A program made the position numbers and the translations under genes. Below are positions 60,535 through 64,000 of a DNA stretch of 64,000 bases, piece after piece; the stretch's first letter is position 1, and each line of letters starts with the position of its first letter. The notes below the pieces were generated by a model that ran no database searches, was not told the DNA's origin, and worked only from the letters and a program-made list of their open reading frames with translations. This stretch comes from Cyanophora paradoxa CCMP329 (lineage: Eukaryota; Plantae; Glaucophyta). The DNA is taken from positions 310,001-374,000 of the forward strand of contig QPMI01000434.1 in the NCBI GenBank assembly GCA_004431415.1, in the 5' to 3' direction.

Positions 60535-60772
60535 AAATGGGCGCGAGGAGGGCCGCTGAGGCTTCGCCCGACCTTTGGGACCCGCAGGGGCCCAGGGCTT
60601 GACTTAGTAATTTCAATTTTGATTTCAATTTTGATTTCGGAGCTCGAGTTCACGCGTACTACGGTACGTTAAATCGTGATCGCAACTGCAACAGGGCCCG
60701 CCGGGCGCCGGGCCGCCAGCGCCGGATCCGATAGCGCTAGCGAGCTCTATGTGACGATATTGATGAGATGGG

Positions 60773-60823
60773 GTACATCGTATACAACCCGAATTCGTGC
60801 CCCCGGGCTTGTATACGATGTAC
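60773..60823. repeat. Inverted repeat (15-bp perfect arms plus a 4-bp inner stem) just upstream of Fanzor B
   Basis: GTACATCGTATACAA-CCCG ... CGGG-C-TTGTATACGATGTAC. Confidence 0.85.
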
Positions 60824-60840
60824 TTGCAATTTCAGACACG

Positions 60841-61146
60841 TGCGGCAAGATCAACTACGGGCTCGGCTCGAAGAGGGTCTTCGAGTGCCGCCCCGGGTGC
60901 GGCTTCCGGGCGGACCGCGACGGCGGCGCCGCGCGGTGCGTGTTGTGTCTATACACGCCTATACACAATCGCTGCTCCCCCCGCCTAGTCCCGACACGGC
61001 CTAGCCACGGCATAATTTTCCGTCTAGGCCTAGGGCCGGCTCGCCCTCCCAGCGCCGCCCGATCGCAATCGTAATCGTACTCTTGCAGGAGCATCTTCAT
61101 CCGCTACGGCACCGGCGTGGACGCGAAGCGCCTGCTCGGTTCGTAG
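60841..61146 (+). pseudogene. Fanzor/TnpB-like nuclease C-terminal fragment B (1 intron, 5'-truncated)
   Basis: Spliced CGKINYGLGSKRVFECRPGCGFRADRDGGAAR^SIFIRYGTGVDAKRLLGS*; GT-AG intron at 60936-61088. Confidence 0.85.
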
Positions 61147-61207
61147 CCAGCTAGCGCTAGGCTCCGATCCCCTTTTCTCCATCAGGGCACCAGTCCCTGC
61201 GGGTTAC

Positions 61208-61284
61208 GCTCTCACCCAAACAGCACGGGTACAGTTAAAGCGCTGTAGGTAGGAGGTCCGGCGCGCCCGTAGCGTAGAAAGAGC
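61208..61284 (+). ncRNA. Family-A element, full copy: candidate omegaRNA scaffold / right end of Fanzor B
   Basis: 77 nt starting 62 nt after the Fanzor stop; closed by GCTCT/AGAGC with ACCC/GGGT and ACAG/CTGT stems; four more copies in the window. Confidence 0.6.
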
Positions 61285-61621
61285 TCAAGAACTCAGCCCA
61301 CGGCAGCGCTAGCTATTGTTTCTCGTGCTGCTAATCGTATTTTTGTTGGTGGTTCTCCTATTAGTTATTTAGAACGTCCACAATCAGGAATTGACGCAAA
61401 AGCTAGCTAGATCGAGGTGCTCGATCGGTACCGCGTTCATCCAGTGCGCCCAGTTTCACGGATAAGCTGTTCAGCCCAGCGCAACCAGCGCCCCTGCCGG
61501 AGAGACCGCCGGCCTGTTGAACAACAGAATCATCGAGGCGCTCAGCTGCACTTCTGAGTGAACCGCGGTTGCGCTGTAGCAGCGGGCGGCCGCTGGGCGC
61601 TGCGGCAGCGAGCACGCGATC

Positions 61622-64000
61622 ATGGGCCCTGAGGACATGAGCGCGGATGATCTGGCAGCGCCGATCAAGGATACGGCAGTGCGCATTCGTCAGACCGCAT
61701 GAACTGCACGTACGGGCAAGAGCGCCGCTCACGCTTCGCGCAGGAGAAGTGGCGGCTGCTCCCTTCGTTCCTGCGCGTGCGAGGCCTCGTGAAGCAGCAC
61801 ATCGATTCTTTCAACTATTTCACGAGCGTCGAAATAAAGAAGATCGTGCAGGCGAACCAGCGCGTCACATCGGATGCGGACCCTACCTTTTTCCTCGAGT
61901 GCGCCCACCACAGTTGACGCGCTCAATGCACAAAGCCCTTTTGACGCTTGTTCAGGTACACAAATATCAGCATCGGCAAGCCTAGTGTCGAGGAGGACCT
62001 GATCGTCACAGCTATCGCGCCACACGAATGCAGACTGCGGGTGCGGGGATAATTGCGCGCCATCGCAATGCGTGCGCTGTTTTGACCGTTATTACCTCAG
62101 GATATGACGTATGCAGCACCCATAACAGTAGATGTCCGCTACACCCGCGGTAAGGAGATCGTCGTCAGGAAGGGTGTCGTTGTTGGACGCATGCCCATCA
62201 TGTTACGGTCCTGCAACTGCGTTCTTACAGGCAAGTCGGAGGCCGAGCTGGCAAAGCTCAAAGAATGCCCTCTCGACCCAGGTGTGCATTATAAGTGCCT
62301 CTAGCTCGTCACAGTTGAATGCTGATTTTTTTCGCCCCGTTGACAGGCGGTTACTTTATTGTCAAGGGGACTGAACGTGTGATTCTCACCCAGGAGCAAC
62401 TGTCGAAAAACAGAATCATCATAGAAGAGGACAGCAAAGGCAACATTCAGGCATCGGTGACAAGCTCGACCCATGAACGGAAGAGCAGGAGCCAAATTTA
62501 TTCAAAGCATGGAAGATGTACTTGAAGCACAACACGCTCACTGAAGACCTACCTGTAGTAATCGCAATGAAGGTATAGGACCTGTTTGTTGCTTGTCACA
62601 TTGTTGGTAGGAACAGGCACTGATAGAACGTGTGGTCTGTCAGGCAATGGGAGTCGAGAGTGATCAGGAGATTGTCCAACTCGTCGGAAGTGAACCATTG
62701 TATGCAGACGCAATGTCTGCTTCGTTGGAGGACTGTTCATCCTCACGCATCTACACGAGAAATCAGGCACTCGATTACATTGCATCCCGCATCAGAAGCT
62801 CTGGACCTCGGCGCTTCGGAGGACCTCGCCGCTCCAAAGTTGATGAAGCGCGCGAACTGCTTGCACAGGTCGTGCTAGCTCATGTCCCTGTCGAGAAGTT
62901 CAACTTCAGGCCGAAATGTATCTATGTCGCACTCATGCTCAGGCGTATCATCACCGCAATGAAGGACCCAACTGCCATTGATGACAAGGATTACTACGGC
63001 AACAAGCGGCTTGAACTGTGCATCCTTATTTCTCTCGCCTGAACTTCCAGTAAATCTCATCCTTCCTCAGGTCTGGGCAGCTTATCGCACTCCTTTTTGA
63101 GGACTTGTTCAAGCGCTTCAACAGCGATTTGAAGCGGAATGCAGATCAGGTTCTCACGAAACAGAATCGTGCCCAGCAGTTCGACGTGGTGAAATGCATT
63201 CGCCCTGACACAATCACACATGGCTTGGAGCACGCCCTTTCAACTGGGAACTGGTCTGTTAAACGTTTTAAAATGGAGCGTTCGGGCGTGACCCAGGTAA
63301 ATTCGTTTCTTGCTTGCTGTGGTGTGCCTCCAATTCATTGGACCTGTGCAGGTGTTGTCTCGGCTCTCCTACATTGCGTGCTTGGGCATGATGACGAGAA
63401 TTACCAGCCAGTTTGAGAAGACAAGGAAGGTTGCTGGACCTCGCTCCCTGCAGGTACTTTCGAAACAACTTGTTTCTTAATAGCTTTGACTGTGTTGAGC
63501 AGGGTTCACACTGGGCATGGTCTGCCCATCGGACACACCTGAAGGAGAAGCCTGTGGCCTGGTGAAGAATCTCGCCCTTACCACACATGTAACAACGGAT
63601 GATGAAGAAGGTCCAATCCTGCGCATGGCATTCAATCTTGGAACCGAGGGTGCTTTTCACCTGTGGGCTTTTCCTCGAGATTCGAGAGGCTCACCTGTTC
63701 TGGCAGATGTGAACACACTTTCTGGTGAGGAGCAGAACAGCCTATCATCCTACCTCGTCATTGTCAATGGTCTCGTGATTGGAGTGCATAGGCGCCCTGC
63801 AAACCTTGTCAAGTCTCTTCGTGCCATGAGAAGAAAGGGCTTACTTGGGGAGTTCGTTTCCATTTTCCAGCACGATCGGCATAGAACAGTGTACATAGCC
63901 TCAGATGGGGGACGAGTGTGCAGGCCACTCATCATCGTGCGAAATGGGAAGTCCAGTGTGCTCCCTCGGCATATACAGGCAAGAAGCAATTGTCCATCAG
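61622..64000 (+). CDS. POLR3B: RNA polymerase III second-largest subunit (runs off the window end)
   Basis: [87 protein letters not shown]. Confidence 0.96.

Noticed and set aside
61208-61284. tRNA, tRNA-derived SINE or hammerhead ribozyme reading of family A
   Set aside because: No T-loop/B-box (GTTCRA), no convincing cloverleaf, and no CTGANGA core on either strand
62505-63520. Apparent frameshifts in POLR3B (about 62511-62516 and 63512-63516) and ALDH6A1 (about 44798-44803), considered as programmed frameshifting or RNA editing
   Set aside because: Each is repaired by adding one base to a short homopolymer in an otherwise conserved gene, which is typical of long-read assembly error

Overview
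Gene-dense, GC-rich eukaryotic nuclear DNA with many short (about 50-85 nt) spliceosomal introns. SAS-6 plus a plastid-type ATP synthase gamma gene point to a flagellated alga; a glaucophyte-like origin is plausible but cannot be shown from this window. About 23 multi-exon genes can be traced, including GPN1, SAS-6, CapZ-alpha, DGAT2, ATG3, a polyprenyl-PP synthase, RNPC3, NDUFS5, MED8, a STRIP/FAM40-like gene, a divergent atpC, an EF-hand PPP phosphatase, cyclin K/T, NPL4, ALDH6A1, VPS10/sortilin, COG2, NUFIP1, an AVT1-like transporter and POLR3B. The most interesting signal is a eukaryotic TnpB/Fanzor-like system that the ORF track largely hides. Two 5'-truncated Fanzor C-termini (41490-41943 on -, 60841-61146 on +) share an intron at the same position inside the RuvC-III motif, and one ends in an NLS-like peptide. 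Each is followed by a structured non-coding segment that could be the omegaRNA/right end. The segment after the second Fanzor recurs four more times without any ORF, each copy followed by a different sequence. Other observations: frequent GC-AG introns, several apparent recent intron-gain events, same-strand ATTACGA word arrays at gene breakpoints, a TTAA-flanked MITE, a second dispersed repeat family and a decayed bacterial-type acetyltransferase. Gene models were traced by eye; coordinates are whole-gene spans including introns, and some starts are uncertain.
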